DNA of 64,000 bases. It comes from Adineta vaga (Eukaryota > Animalia > Rotifera). A program made the position numbers and the translations under genes. The stretch spans positions 4,650,001 through 4,714,000 of the forward strand of contig CP075495.1 in NCBI GenBank assembly GCA_021613535.1, in the 5' to 3' direction. Below the pieces are notes generated by a model that did no database searches, was not told the origin of the DNA, and was given only the letters and a program-made list of their open reading frames with translations. Shown here piece by piece: positions 21,637-35,821 of this stretch (position 1 is the stretch's first letter; the number at the start of each line of letters is the position of its first letter).

Positions 21637-24600
21637 ATGAGTGGTGTTCAATTGAAACGATTACTTGTTGCCTTAAATCGAGTTAAGCAGCATGGTAATA
21701 AAAAGAGACGAATGAATAAGATTTTTCAACGATAAATGATTTATTTATTTAAGGTTATATCCCAATTTGTAAACAATCAACAGCTGCTCAAGCTAAAAAA
21801 GAACCAGAAAAAATCGAAGTTTTTGTTGATGGCAAACCCGTACAAGTAGAACCAAATACAACTGTACTTCAGGTAAATTGATGATTTATTTAGAGTTTTC
21901 CCGAAAAGTTACTATGCGTTTACTTAATCAGGCTTGTGCTGTTGCTGGCGTTGAAATTCCACGTTATTGTTATCATGAACGTTTATCAATAGCTGGTAAT
22001 TGTCGAATGTGTCTTGTGGAAATTGAAAAAACACCAAAGGTATATTCTATCGCTGCTTTATGTGTGTGTATGTATCTATGTTGCTAATTATGTAAATTAT
22101 TGTTATAGCCGGTTGCTAGTTGTGCTATGCCTGTAATGAAAGGCATGCGTATTTTAACGGATTCACCATTAACAAAACGAGCACGTGAAGGCGTAATGGA
22201 ATTTTTACTTGTTAATCATCCATTGGATTGTCCAATTTGTGATCAAGGTGGTGAATGTGATTTACAAGTAAATATATATTATCACATTATATATTTAATT
22301 TATCGAAATATATTTGATTTTTCCAAGGATCAATCGATGGCATTCGGTAGTGATCGTAGTCGTTTTACTGATAATGAATTTTCAGGAAAACGGTATGAAA
22401 AAATAAAATAATCTTCACTTTCAATTCAACAAATTGTTATTTTTAGTTCGGTGGAAGATAAAAATATAGGTCCACTTGTAAAAACTAGCATGAATCGTTG
22501 TATTCATTGTACACGTTGTGTTCGATTTGGTAATGAAGTGGCTGGTGTTAGTGAACTCGGTACAACAGGACGTGGTGGAGATATGATTATTGGTACATAT
22601 GTAGAACGACTTTTCATGTCGGAACTTTCGGGTAATGTTATCGATTTATGTCCAGTTGGTGCACTACTATCGAAACCTTATGCATTCACTGCACGACCGT
22701 GGGAAACAAGGTAGTTCGTAATTTTCGTTTTTGTATTATATAAAGATTCTTTCATATAGAAAAACGGAATCAATTGATGTTATGGATGCATTAGGCAGTA
22801 ATATAGTCATCAGTACACGCGGTGGTGATGTTCTTCGTGTAATTCCACGAATGAATGAAGTAATTTGATGAAAAACATTATGAATTATTTTCTTTTTTCT
22901 ATTGAAATCTATATTATTTTTAGGAAGTTAATGAAGAATGGATTTCGGATAAAACACGATTTGCTTATGATGGTTTGAAATTACAACGTTTAACAGCTCC
23001 AATGTTAAAGAATCGTGAAGGTCATCTTGTTCCATGTGATTGGGAAGATGCATTAAGTGTTGTTGCTGAACGTGTATGTTTGATGATATCTGGTTTTTAC
23101 ATGATAAAAAACAGTTCATTGATGGTTTTAGATTGGTCGATTGGGATCGGGCGCAAAGATGGCTGCACTTGCTGGACGTTTTTGTGATGCCGAAGGACTT
23201 ATTGCTTTAAAAGATTTTATGAATCAACTCGGTTGCGAAACAGTATGTGTTGAAGAACGTTTTCCAAACGTGGGCGCTTCGTAAGTATCTTTCTTCTATT
23301 TTAAAAATCGACACTTTCATATTGATACAAAATCCTTTCTAGAATTGATCTTCGTAGCAATTATTTATTCAATGGAACAATCGCTGGTATTGAACAAGCT
23401 GATTTAGTCGTATTAATTGGAACTAATCCACGTTATGAAGCACCTGTACTAAATGCACGAATACGTAAATCGTGAGTCAATTTGATAATATTTAGATTTA
23501 AATAAAGCAGAGTATTGCTTTTTTTTCAGATATCTTCATAATGATTTACGAGTAGCTGTTATTGGACCAAAAGTTGATCTAACCTATTCATATGATCATT
23601 TGGGAGATAATACAAATATTCTTAATGAATTATCTTCTGGCAAACATGCATTATCCAAAGTTTGTTGATAATGATGTTTTTTTCTCGTATTTATTCATAC
23701 GATATGTTCATTTCGCTATAGGCTTTCAATGAAGCAAAACGTCCATTAATTATTCTAGGAAGTGCAATGTTTGAACGTCCTGATGCTGCATCAATCTATG
23801 CTAGTGCTGCACAATTAGCCGAAAAATTACGTAATAATGCTTCAAAAGATGATAAAGAATGGCGTGTATTTAATGTTCTTCATCGAGTACGTTTAAAGCT
23901 TTTCCAAATGAATAATCTTTCAATAGCATAAAAATTTATAGTATGCTTCCCAAGTAGCAGCACTCGATCTTGGCTATAAACCAGATGTTAAAGTATAAAA
24001 ATGTTTGATTTTTCTCGGAGACAAAAAATATGTTTAACTTTTGTAGAGCATCATTGACTTAAAACCCAATGTTTTGTATTTATTTGGTGCTGATGAAGGT
24101 TTAATTAAACGTGAAGATTTACCAAAAGATTGTTATATCATCTATCAAGGTATGGTTACATGAGACTTATTAGATTCAGTTTATAAATAATTTTTACTCT
24201 GATTTTCAGGTCATCATGGTGATCGTGGTGCACAAATAGCTGATGCTATTCTTCCTGGAGCTGCATATACAGAAAAAAATTGTATCTATGCTAATACAGA
24301 AGGTCGTGCTCAACAAACATATCTAGCGACAACACCACCCGGAAAAGCACGTGAAGATTGGAAAATTATTCGTGCATTAGCTGAAGTTAGTTTCATTTTA
24401 ACTAAAACATTTTCATTATTTTCTTCAATAGGTATGCGGTACATCGTTACGTTACAATAATCTCGATGAAATTCGTGATCGTATTGAAGAAGTTGCACCA
24501 AATCTAACTCGTATAGATTCAATTGAAGAAGCAAATTATTTTAAACAAAATGTTGAATTATTGAAACAACATCAAACATCATTTCATAATCAGCCATTAA

Positions 24601-24722
24601 CACCACCCATCAATAATCTTAAAGATTTTTATATGACCGATTCAATCAGCCGTGCATCATTGACAATGGCGAAATGTGTCAAAGCTGTTGAGCAACAATT
24701 AAAATCACCGCATAAAAATTAG
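21637..24722 (+). CDS. NDUFS1: NADH:ubiquinone oxidoreductase 75 kDa subunit (multi-exon)
   Basis: Mitochondrial presequence; [81 protein letters not shown]; C-terminus [18 protein letters not shown]. Confidence 0.97.
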
Positions 24723-24917
24723 ATATTTGCAAGCATTGACGAACTAGTTTTTTCTTTCCTCCCTTTTCGTCTTTTTTTTTGTATAAATCCTTTAAAGTAG
24801 CATTTTTGCCATTGTCTTTTTTTTTCTTCATCAATAAACATACGAAAACATCCGCATCTATGTTCTTATAAAACATTTCGTTATCTCTTTGTTTTTCTGA
24901 TTTTTAGATCTCTAACT

Positions 24918-27139
24918 ATGACGAGATATTCTCTTCCAGATAAAATGTTCATTTCAACTTTACAATATACACATACGAGAAATCTCTTTCTTATATCTAT
25001 GAGTATTGTATATACATTTGCATTTGCATCATTATATTGGCAACAAGCTGGCTTATATTCTGATAATGGAGTTTTACCATTACGTTTACAAATTCAACAA
25101 CAAGAAAAAGTTAAACCATTTATTGTTAAATTAGCAACACTGTTTCATTGGACACCTTATCGTATTATGGAATGTATATTATTAATTTCAATTCTCTTAA
25201 GTTCATCAATGATTCTTTTCAAATGTCTACGTACAAGTGTAACATTTGCAATTCTTTGGTTAGCCTATTACAGTTGTTTTCAAATTGCTGGTCAATTTTT
25301 ATATTTTCAATGGGATACATTATTATTAGAAGCTGGTTTCTTAACTATTCTTGTTGCTCCAATGAGAATTTTATATTTGAAACGTAAACAAGTAGAAGAT
25401 TTTCTCTATCAAGATCGAATAACTTTATGGTTAATTCGATGGTTAGCTTTTCGTCTTTTATTTGCTAGTGGTATTGTTAAATTAACAGGCGGAGATAAAA
25501 CATGGTGGGCATTAACGGCAACAACATTTCATTATCAGTCACAATGTATTCCAACACCATTAGCATATTATGCTCATCATACACCTATTTGGTTACATAA
25601 ATTATCGACAGCATTAGTTTATATGTTTATGTCAGGTACTGGTATTTTGTTCTTTTCACCATTTCGTCTGCATCGTATAATTGCTTTTATAATACAATCA
25701 AGCTTACAAATCTTAATAGCATTAACAGGCAATTATAATTTCTTTAATTTCTTAACTATCATCGTATGTTTTGGTTTAATTGATGATCGATTTTTGGGTT
25801 ATTCACAATGGGAATCAGTTGATGGTGATGAACATAAACGAAAAAGATCTTTTTCATGGATTATAACTTTATTTCGACGATTAATTCATTTATTTATTCT
25901 TATTACATATATTTATCTAACTATTCGTTGGTTTGGTATTCATTTGGATAAGAAACGACAGATTATTATAACAAATATTACATTTACTCGTGCACAATTT
26001 GATCTTTTCTTAAAAAGATTTTTACCTGTTTGTCTTTTTCTTGCTTGGTGTTCATTAGTTTTTACTATTGGACGATCAGTTTTCATTTCAATTCGACGTC
26101 CAACAAAAATTTATGCAAAAATATTTCATGCATTAGTTACCATCACATATGGCATTCTAGCAATGAGTTTATTCTTTGTTTCAATGGTTCCATTTACTGT
26201 TATTGAACGGCAAACAAGCAAAGCTTTACCATATGAACTACAATCATGGTATAATAAATTTCAAGATTATCATGTTTTTAATGCTTATGGACTATTCAGA
26301 AGCATGTAAGTCTGGAAAACGTCGGTGTACCTGAAAATATGAGATTAAAAATAATATTATTTTAGGACGGGTGTGGATGGTCGACCAGAATTAATCATTG
26401 AAGGTGCTATAAGTACTAAAAAGTAAGACGATTTGTAGTTACATTTTGTTACCAATATATTTTTATATTTTTCAGTCCCAAATGGAAAGAATATGAGTTT
26501 TTCTATAAACCAGGTTCATTATCTACAGCACCTCCATTCGTTGCTCCACATCAACCTCGATTGGACTGGTAGATATAAAATTTTCCTCAAATATTTTCAA
26601 TCACTTCATTATATATACATCTCTGTATATTTAGGCAAATGTGGTTTGCTGCTTTAAGTCATTATCAACATGAACCATGGTTAGCATTTTTTCTCTATCG
26701 TCTTCTAACAAATCAACGAGAAGTTTTACGATTAATTCAAATGAATCCATTTCCTACAACACCTCCTAAACAAATACGTGTTCTTCTGTATCGCTATAAT
26801 TTCACAACACCACCATCAAAAGATTATTGGCAACGTGAATTAATTAATCAGGAATGGTTTCCAACAATAACTCTCGAAAGTCAATGGTTTATGTCTTATA
26901 TTGAACAACTTAATGTTACACAAATTGATAAACCATTATCAAACAGTATTGTCTTAGATATCATACGCTCAATAAGTGATTTAATGAATGGAACTATCTT
27001 TACATGGTTTCCTGTTGTTATTGCTTTAGTATTTCTTGTTTTACGAAAACTTCTCTGTACAAAACCTCATAAACCAATTGTAATGAAAAGAGATAATGAA
27101 TGGTATCAACCTTTATCATCGAAAGATAAAGATAATTAA
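24918..27139 (+). CDS. LMF2: Lipase maturation factor 2
   Basis: [97 protein letters not shown]. Confidence 0.93.
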
Positions 27140-27763
27140 TTCTTAAAGAATTATACTCTAGTCCTATAGAAGTCAAAATGTTTTCTTTTTCTGCTTGCTC
27201 ATTACTATAATCGTCATTGTTGTGACTTGTTATTGTATTATTTACTAAAATCAATAAATAAAAAAAAATGCATGTGTATGTGATTATTAAGAAACATCGA
27301 TTTTATCATTATTATGCACTCATAAAAGTTCTAGTATGAAACTCATTGACTGATTGTAATTAATGATAATTTGAATTGTATAGAAAAATGCAAGAACGGA
27401 AAGACAAATGATTTCCATATAAAAAATCTTCATAAATCGATTTGTATTTATATTTAGTATGTTATTAATAATGTTCAACGCTAACGAAATTCTGTTGAAA
27501 ATCGTGAAAGATAGATGATATGAAAAAGTTGCACTATCATCTATTTTTGTTTTTATAGTATGTTTTTCTTTACTTTATTTTTTATCTATACGTCATTACA
27601 TGAGCGTTCTAATATTCTACTTTTTATCAAACAGGTTATTTTTATGACTGAGATGATAACAGTTAATATTTTGGTATTTTCTTTTTCTAATCTTATCATG
27701 CTTACTTGAAATTTAACGAAAACTCTCTCTTTGTATTTTCATTCATTTGAGTCTTACTTCCTG

Positions 27764-28908
27764 ATGTTTTTTGCACTTATTCTAGTAAGTTCTCTATGTA
27801 TTTCAACAGTAAATGGCTGGGGTGCCACTGGTCATTCTCTTGTCGCTAAGATAGCACAGAATACATTAACTAGTGATGCAAAAAAATTTGTTCAAGATCA
27901 TTTACCATGGTATACCAATGGTGATTTAAGTATGTTATCTTCGTGGCCTGATACAATATTGTATCCAGATACAAATCCAGTAGATTATCTCAATTGGCAA
28001 TGGTCAAAAGAACTGCATTATGTTAATACACCAGATTGGGTTTGTAATTATGATCGTAATCGTGATTGTGATTGGACTGGAGGACAACGTTGTGTTGATG
28101 GAAGTATTCAAAATTATACACAACGATTAGCAGATACATCATTGGATTGGACACAACGACAAGAAGCATTGCGATTTCTAGTACATATTATTGGTGATGT
28201 TCATCAGCCTCTTCATGCAGGTTTTGCCAGTGATCGAGGTGGCAATTCAATTAAAGGTAAAAAACAAACGTCTATCATGATAAACGTTTCAAAACGCTAC
28301 TCGTTTTTATTTTAGGTCAATTTTTTGGTAAAGCAACTAATTTACATTCACTATGGGATACAGTAATGATTGAACGTCGCATTTCGACTGATTTTCAAAG
28401 TGATTCAAATAAATATTACACTTATCTGCTTAATGTTATGCATACGACCTATATAAGAAATATATCTCAATGGACAAAATGTCCATCGAGTGACGAATCG
28501 AAATACTTAGCTTGTTCAACAGCCTGGATTGATGAAGATACTGATTTGAATTGTGAACATGTATATCGTAATGAACAAGATCAACCATTTAGTATTTCAC
28601 AACAATTTCAATTAGGTCAAACGTATTATAATACTCGAATGGTCTTTCTCGAAGCACGACTTCTTCAAGGTGGTGTTCGACTTGGCGCTGTTATTAATAA
28701 AATTGTCGAACTACAAAAACATAATCATCATTCAATAGACGACGATCAATTATGTTCAGGAACAATGATGTTAATGAGCATTATTTTTTTGCAAGTTTTA
28801 TTGGCATTCTTCGCTTTTATATATTATCTTTCTCGACGAAGAAATTCTCGACTACCATTAGCTGCAACACCAGGTAAATTTCATAGTTTGAATGATATTA
28901 AAGCATAA
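27764..28908 (+). CDS. S1/P1 nuclease with signal peptide and C-terminal TM anchor (2 exons)
   Basis: Mature N-terminus WGATGH, WPD, LHYVNTP, FLVHIIGDVHQPLH, DRGGN, NLHSLWD, GGVRLGAVIN; TM helix MMLMSIIFLQVLLAFFAFIYYL followed by RRR; intron about 28257-28315. Confidence 0.92.
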
Positions 28909-29326
28909 GCTACTTTTTCAAAATATTTATTAATAAAATTTGAAATAAACGAATATATAATTATATACACAAGAGTACCAATGAATTGTCTAATCTATCA
29001 TCCTCTATTACAATCTTTTGTGTGTTCAATAATGAAGAAATCGATAGAAATAAGTGCATGTTTACATTGTTCTGCTAATAATCAACTCAATAGTTTTGTG
29101 AAAAGCATTTTCTTTCATATTCTATTGAAACAAAAAGTTTAACGAATAAAACACACGATTCGAGTTGCACACAGAACCAAGCGAGTGAGTAAAAGAAGGT
29201 AAAATAATCAGTGAAAAACAACCTTTAGAACGAAGTAATAAACTGAATAAATGTGCTTATTTTTTTCTTCTTTTTACAAAAGAAACCAACATGAAATAGA
29301 TGTGTTGATACAACAAGACACGAAAA

Positions 29327-29350
29327 ACAACAACAACAACAACAACAACA
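29327..29350 (+). repeat. (AAC)n microsatellite
   Basis: About 8 tandem AAC units in the ARMC9 3' region. Confidence 0.8.
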
Positions 29351-29389
29351 GCAAGAGAATAGATACACTGAATAATCAGACACGACAAT

Positions 29390-32300
29390 CTAAGTTTTTT
29401 TTGTTTTATGATTATTTGCATTACCGTTACTTAATTCTAATATCGATGATGCCGATGAACGTATAGATGCACTTGAATTTGATCTTGGTGGTTCACTGAA
29501 AGAAAATTTCATACGTGGCGTTGTTTTTTGTGTAGATAGTGGTGGAACTGCACGATCCAATTCGTCGTTTGTACCAAAGGCAAAAACAGGTGTCAGTTGT
29601 TTTGATTGATCAACTGATGACATTCGATTCGTTGATTTAGGTCGACTTGTTGATGATAATGTTTTCGAAAATTTTATACTATTATTTGTCGTTGCGACTG
29701 ATGCAACACTTGCAGAGAGAGGTTTTTTAATTGAAACTGATGTTGAAGCAGCAAACATTGTCTGATGCCCATTGGATTGATCAAATCCATTGCTATGATT
29801 ATGAAAGAAATCTCCAACAACTAAACTACTCGCAAGTGAATCAACTGTGTGTGCAACAATTGATTGCCGTAATTGACCTGGTGTTGTTGGTCGATGTAGA
29901 ACAGAATCAACAACGGATTTACTTTTAAAATCATGTATCGATGAAGCATATAAATTATTATTATAGGATTTTTGAACAAATGGTGTTGGTGTTGTATTCG
30001 TTTGTGGTGAATATTTCACAAGCATCAGATCGTCTCCACTTAATTCTTGTTCAATGATTTGTAATTTATCTGCAAGATCTAAATCAGCTTCCATGACATC
30101 TTGATCTTCCTAGAAACAAAAATGAATATTAATAAAAATATGTTTTATTAAGAATATATATTACATCATCATTATCCTGTTCAGTGTCAGATGTTTGTTC
30201 GACAATTTGATCACCACCTTTCAATAGAAGATTTAATAGAAATTCTAATTGACCTTTTGTTTCTGAATTGCTTGTTTCAGTTCGAATAAGAGATCGAAGA
30301 CGATTATCAAGACTCTATATTGAATAATAAACAGATATACATATACAATATGAAATACATGAAAAATATCTTCATACTAATTCATTTGCTTTATCACGGA
30401 TTAACTTTACAGTTAAAACGGAATATAATGAAGAATTTACATATGGTCGAGTCTAAATGTGTGTAGATATTGATAGAAAATAATCAGAATAAAAATGATA
30501 AGAAAATCAAAAAAACCTACTTCATGATTTGAATGAGATAGTAAAGTTGAAAGAACAGTAATCACTTGTTCAGCTATTTCAGTACATTTCTTTCGACCAT
30601 TTGTACGTAAACACAAATTCATTAGTAAAGCAACGCCATATTCTAAAATATTTCATTATAAACGAAATGATTATATAGGTATAGTTATTACCTAATGTAT
30701 AATCAGATAGATCATCAGTTTTATTTAATAATGGTACAAGCCATTTAATCATATTTTGATTGATCATTATTGTTTGAACAGATCGACTAGAAATTTAAAA
30801 GAAAAAAGTCGCTAATCTTCTAGTAAACTTAGATTGAAACTCGTATTTTCCTACCGAAGACTTAGTTTTTGTAATGCAGCAAGAAGATGTTGCCTTGTTG
30901 ATGTATCCGATTTTTCAGCAATAGCTGCTTTCTGCATACCGATAATCAGTGATTCATTCGGTGCCAAATAATTTCGACCTACAAATTTTTCATACATACA
31001 AATATATCTATATTAAAATCTATTTCTTTTCAACCTTTTCGCAATGAAGCAATCGTATTAATTAAACGTGCCCATTCTTCTTTAAGAAAATCTGTTCCTT
31101 CAATCGACGGTGTTGATAATTCTTTGATAATTTTCGTTTGTTGTTCTGTATCAGTACTACAACCTAATAAATCGCAAGCAATATAACTTTCAAGCATTTT
31201 TTCACGTTTGAAATCTGTTTTTGCTTTCGTTAATTTCCAACGTAAAGCTTGAAGAAGTAGTGCTTTTTGTCGTGGCGCAGTAGATACATGAGTAACATCA
31301 CGTTTTATTTTTGAATAATCAAATTTTTCTGTAAATGGATCATCGATTCTATATATATATATAAAAGAGAAGAAAAACAAAGATAAATATTCATGATTAA
31401 CATTTAATTACCCTTGACGAGCTGATTCCATAACATTTGGTAATGATTCACGTAATCTTGCTAAACCAAGTCGTGCACAAACATTATCAATATATTCATT
31501 TGTAATTGTTTTTCCTACAATTGCTTGTTGTAATGTTTCTACTAATTCCATGGTTATAGCTAATTAATTAATATAAAAAATTTTATCGAATCAAAATATT
31601 TCTTGTCATAAAATAGAACTTACTGATTAAATTACAATAATCGGTACTTAAACTTTTGATTTGATTATTTGTTTCTCTATTTCGATGTTTAAGATCTTCA
31701 TTTTCAGTATTTAGTTGTGTTAATACATGTGATGCACGTTCACCATTTTGTAACAATTCCAATAGACGTGGTAATGGTCGATTAGAAAAAATCCAATCAA
31801 AAAAATTCGAAACTTTCTTACGTAATTGTACTGGCCATTCATTCTAAAAGCATTAATAAATCGAAGAGACGTTCTTCTTAACAAAAAAGAGAAGAAAAAA
31901 ACAAACCGAAAATAATTCTTGAAAAGATGCATGTTTATCTGGTGAAGCTACAAATGGTAATGCAAATAATGGTAAAATATCACTTGTTTGTGAAATAGCT
32001 TGTCCTTTAATTGATTCCATATATGTTTTAAGAACTTGCATATTCTCTTTGCTTGCTTTTTCATTCTAAAATATTGATTTATCAATTAAAATATTATTTT
32101 TTTTTTGAAAAAACCAAACAAAAATAGATTTTTAAATACTTTAATTGTAATATTGGGACGTAGATAATAAATTGCAAAATGTGCATAAATTAAAAATTCC
32201 AATGATTTCAATGATGGATCACTTGCGATAATATTACTTGGTACATGTGTCGACCAAAGATGAATGAAATCATTTCGATTTCCATCATCTAAATATTTCA

Positions 32301-32551
32301 ACATATCATTCTAAAATTTAGAATAAAATGTTTTTCTTCTTCTAATAGATTTGATTTTGTAGAATTACTTTAATTGTTTGATATTTTTCTTGATCCTTAT
32401 CTTGAATTTGTTTTCCATTGGAAATATCATGTATCGGTTCTTGACGATATTTTCGTTCTTTTAAAAATATGCCAACAGTTTCATTAAAACCTTTATAATC
32501 GAGATATTCAATAACAAAATCATTTATACGAAAATCAATTGATTGAGACAT
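29390..32551 (-). CDS. ARMC9: LisH domain-containing ARMC9 (multi-exon)
   Basis: LisH ([18 protein letters not shown]), [93 protein letters not shown]. Confidence 0.9.
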
Positions 32552-32623
32552 TTATTGAATCTGTTGTTTTTTTTTATTCTTCTAATAATCATATGAAATC
32601 TATTACACAAATCTGTCTCTTAT

Positions 32624-32636
32624 GTTGCTTGACAAT
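32624..32636. promoter_or_regulatory. Putative RFX X-box upstream of ARMC9 (GTTGCTTGACAAT)
   Basis: Near-consensus 13-nt X-box about 75 nt upstream of the ATG of a ciliary gene. Confidence 0.5.
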
Positions 32637-34112
32637 TACCTCCAAATACAATCGATTCGAACGACATCTATCGATTGATAATAACATAATACAAAATTTG
32701 TGACAAATTTTATGTTAAGATAATTGTTAAGAGTTATTCTTTGCTTGGAAAAAAGAAATAAGTTTAAATAAAGATTTATATTGTCATACAACTGACATAT
32801 TCAACATTGAGACAAAGACCTTTGTTTCGATTTGACATGGCATCGATTGAACATTCTTTGAATCTACTGTGTCCACCATCATCAATGATTGGTTGAAAGT
32901 AATACTCTATCTTATTCTCGTCCAAAAATTAAGCTATCATTCAATCACTCTAGTTAACTGATAAAACTTTTCATGCAAATGATCTTACATGATTAACTAA
33001 TTGTTTACATTACTAATTAAAACACAAAAACATTTCTCATTAAATTACTTTTTAAATACAATTCAATAATCATCTACTTCACAGCACATGTCACATTAAA
33101 CTGAATAATCATTCGTTCTTTTCTTCAACTTGTAAACTTATTATATCGTAGTAGTCATTCAATCGTCAATTTTACTTCGAAATTTTCTTATTCAATCAAA
33201 ATTAAATATAGTCTCTTCTAATCTACAATGTATTTAACAGATGGAATATAAAATGCATTATTTGTCTATATACTCAAGCTCATACACCAATGCCATCGCT
33301 CGTTCGACTAAAGCCAATTGGCGCTATTCGACAAACCAACGTTCAGTAAGATAATATTTATTCAAATGTAACTAAGCCTATGATTGTTTATGATAATCAT
33401 TACAATGATATTAATTAACCAGACATTTGAAAATTTTTATTTGATTAATTCAAATGTAAGATGATGGTAAATATTTATTTTCTTTAATGATTCTATCATT
33501 CATCGATATTGATCAATCACAAATGTTTTATTTAGGATTTTATTAATCGACGTACTCGAATAAAATTTACTATTGTGATGTATAAACAAGTATATCATTA
33601 AGTCGTTAAACTTTATTTTATCTAAAATCCTGTGAATTTTGTTTTTTTCGTTTATCGGATAAGTATCATGTAACAATATAATAAAGTAATTTATATATCA
33701 AGTAGGTTTGACCTTGTCGAACGATGAGGATGATGATCGTTCTTTTTGTCTACAGGTACTTGTTGTAATAATAAAAGAATTACATGTTTGTCATTATTTA
33801 TTTTTGAAAACTAATGATACGAATATTATTCGTTCGTTTTGGTCTAATCAAATAAATTATTTTTGTAAGATATCCTTGAAAATGAATATCAATGGTATAA
33901 TCGTTGGTTAATTTTGATTTGTAACATTATTTTTTTGTTTATTTTTCGTTTTTTACATATATTTTCTCTATTTATCTTATTTATATGAATAGTAGCTTTC
34001 TATATCTATTATCTAGATGTGAAGATAATAGTCTAGTCCATATTCAATAGAAAAATACCCATTTTTTTTTCGTTATGTACAAACGAACTCATATGAAATT
34101 TCTCTTGTAGAT

Positions 34113-35476
34113 ATGTCATCTCCAGGTAATTATGCAAAAGGTTATGTACGTTGGACAGCTGGTGGTAAACGTGTTATGTGGGATGGTGCTCGTTGGCAAC
34201 AATTATGTCAAATAGAGAAATGTTTGAAACGCGATCAAAAATCTCAAGGTGTTTGTCTTATACACTATCGTGAACAACAAGAAAACAAACTAAAGACTAA
34301 AAATAAGAAATTTAAATTTGATAATAAAGTAGACAAAATTAAATCAAATAAAGACAAAAAATCGAATTCACTAAAAAAAGCATCTATATCAACACGTTCA
34401 AAACGAATCAGATCAAGTAGTAAGTAATCATATTCATCGAAAATTTCTTGTTTTTGAAGTTTTTCTTGTCTTCTTCTTTTCTAGATTCTCTAAATGGATC
34501 AACTAAGGTAAATAATATTTATTATAATTAGAAAAAAAACTATTTTTGGAAATATTGTTTGATTTCGAAGTAGATATAAGAATTTTTTCTGTTCATTCTA
34601 GGTATCTGATAATGATCTTCAAAATTCAGATGTCAATAATTCAGATTCTGAAATTAATGATAGAAAATCATCCGTGAGATTGATTACTTCCAAACTTTCT
34701 TATTATATATATGTTTTGCTTTTATAGACATCACATATAAGTCCATCAAAATCTCATAGATCATCTCGAAAATTGGTGCTCGTTTGTTCTTCACTCACTC
34801 GTCAACAATTGGTATTTTAAATCAATCGATGTCATCCATTTACACATTCTCTTTATTCTTTATTTTCTAGTCTCAAGTAGAATTATTCTGTAGTCGTTTT
34901 TCTGCTCGTATATCAAATCAAATTGATGAAACAACAACACATCTAATTGCAAGTGAAGTTGAACAACGTGTATGCTGTTTAACGAAAAAAGTTTTCTTTG
35001 CTGTTGCTTATCATCTCTATGTGACTGGTTATCAATGGATCGAAGACTGTCTTACCAAACAAACATTTCTCAATGAAGAATCCTATGAAATTCTTGGCGA
35101 TGCATCTCTATCTTCACAACATAATGGTATGCATCGTTCACGTTTAATTCGTGAACCAATATTTAAATCATATTCTTATACAATTGCTGTTGAATGTTCA
35201 ATTGGTTGTCAACATGGTATGTTTAATCGACAAGAACTTGAACAACTCGTACAATTATCAGGTGCTAATCTATTGCAAGATGATAATCGAGATGAATTAG
35301 ATCTTAATACAAGTATTGTCGTTCTATGTGACGATGATGATAAAACGGTCGTAAAAAAATATCAAGATTTCAAAAATAAAGTTTATTATGTTATACCAGA
35401 ATTTTTTCTTGATTCAATTGTATTATATGAAGTTCAACCAATTAAAGGTTATGAATTACTTTATCAAATAGAGTAA
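34113..35476 (+). CDS. Capicua-N-like CxxxxC..CxxH zinc-finger module fused to a BRCA1-like tandem BRCT (multi-exon)
   Basis: N-terminus KGYVRWTAGGKRVMWDGARWQQLCQIEKCLKRDQKSQGVCLIHY; basic/Ser linker; BRCT1 LVLVCSSLTRQQL...DETTTHLI...CCLTKKVFFAVA..VTGYQWIEDCL..FLNEESYEILGD; linker HNGMHRSRL; BRCT2 ELEQLVQLSGA...PEFFLDSIVLYEVQPIKGY. Confidence 0.8.
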
Positions 35477-35821
35477 TATATAATGTATATTCAGAAAATG
35501 TTTCCAATGTAGATGTGTGTTGTCAGTTTTCTTTTTCTTTTTTTTTCTGTGTTTATTAAAGTATATCTATGTCTTTTGCCTATTTCTTTAATGTTTCAAG
35601 ATAATCCGAAAGAAATGAAAATGATTGTATATGCATTTGTAGATAAAAATCAAAACGGAAAAAAAATCCACATGTTTTGTCTTTACTAACGGATTAGTTT
35701 TATTTATTTTTCGTCAAAACATTTCCAAATAAATACTTGTTTAATTATATGTAGAAATTGAACTAAATCAAAGCAATGTACTTCAATTGAAATTCTATCT
35801 TCGTTTTTAGATACGAACAAT

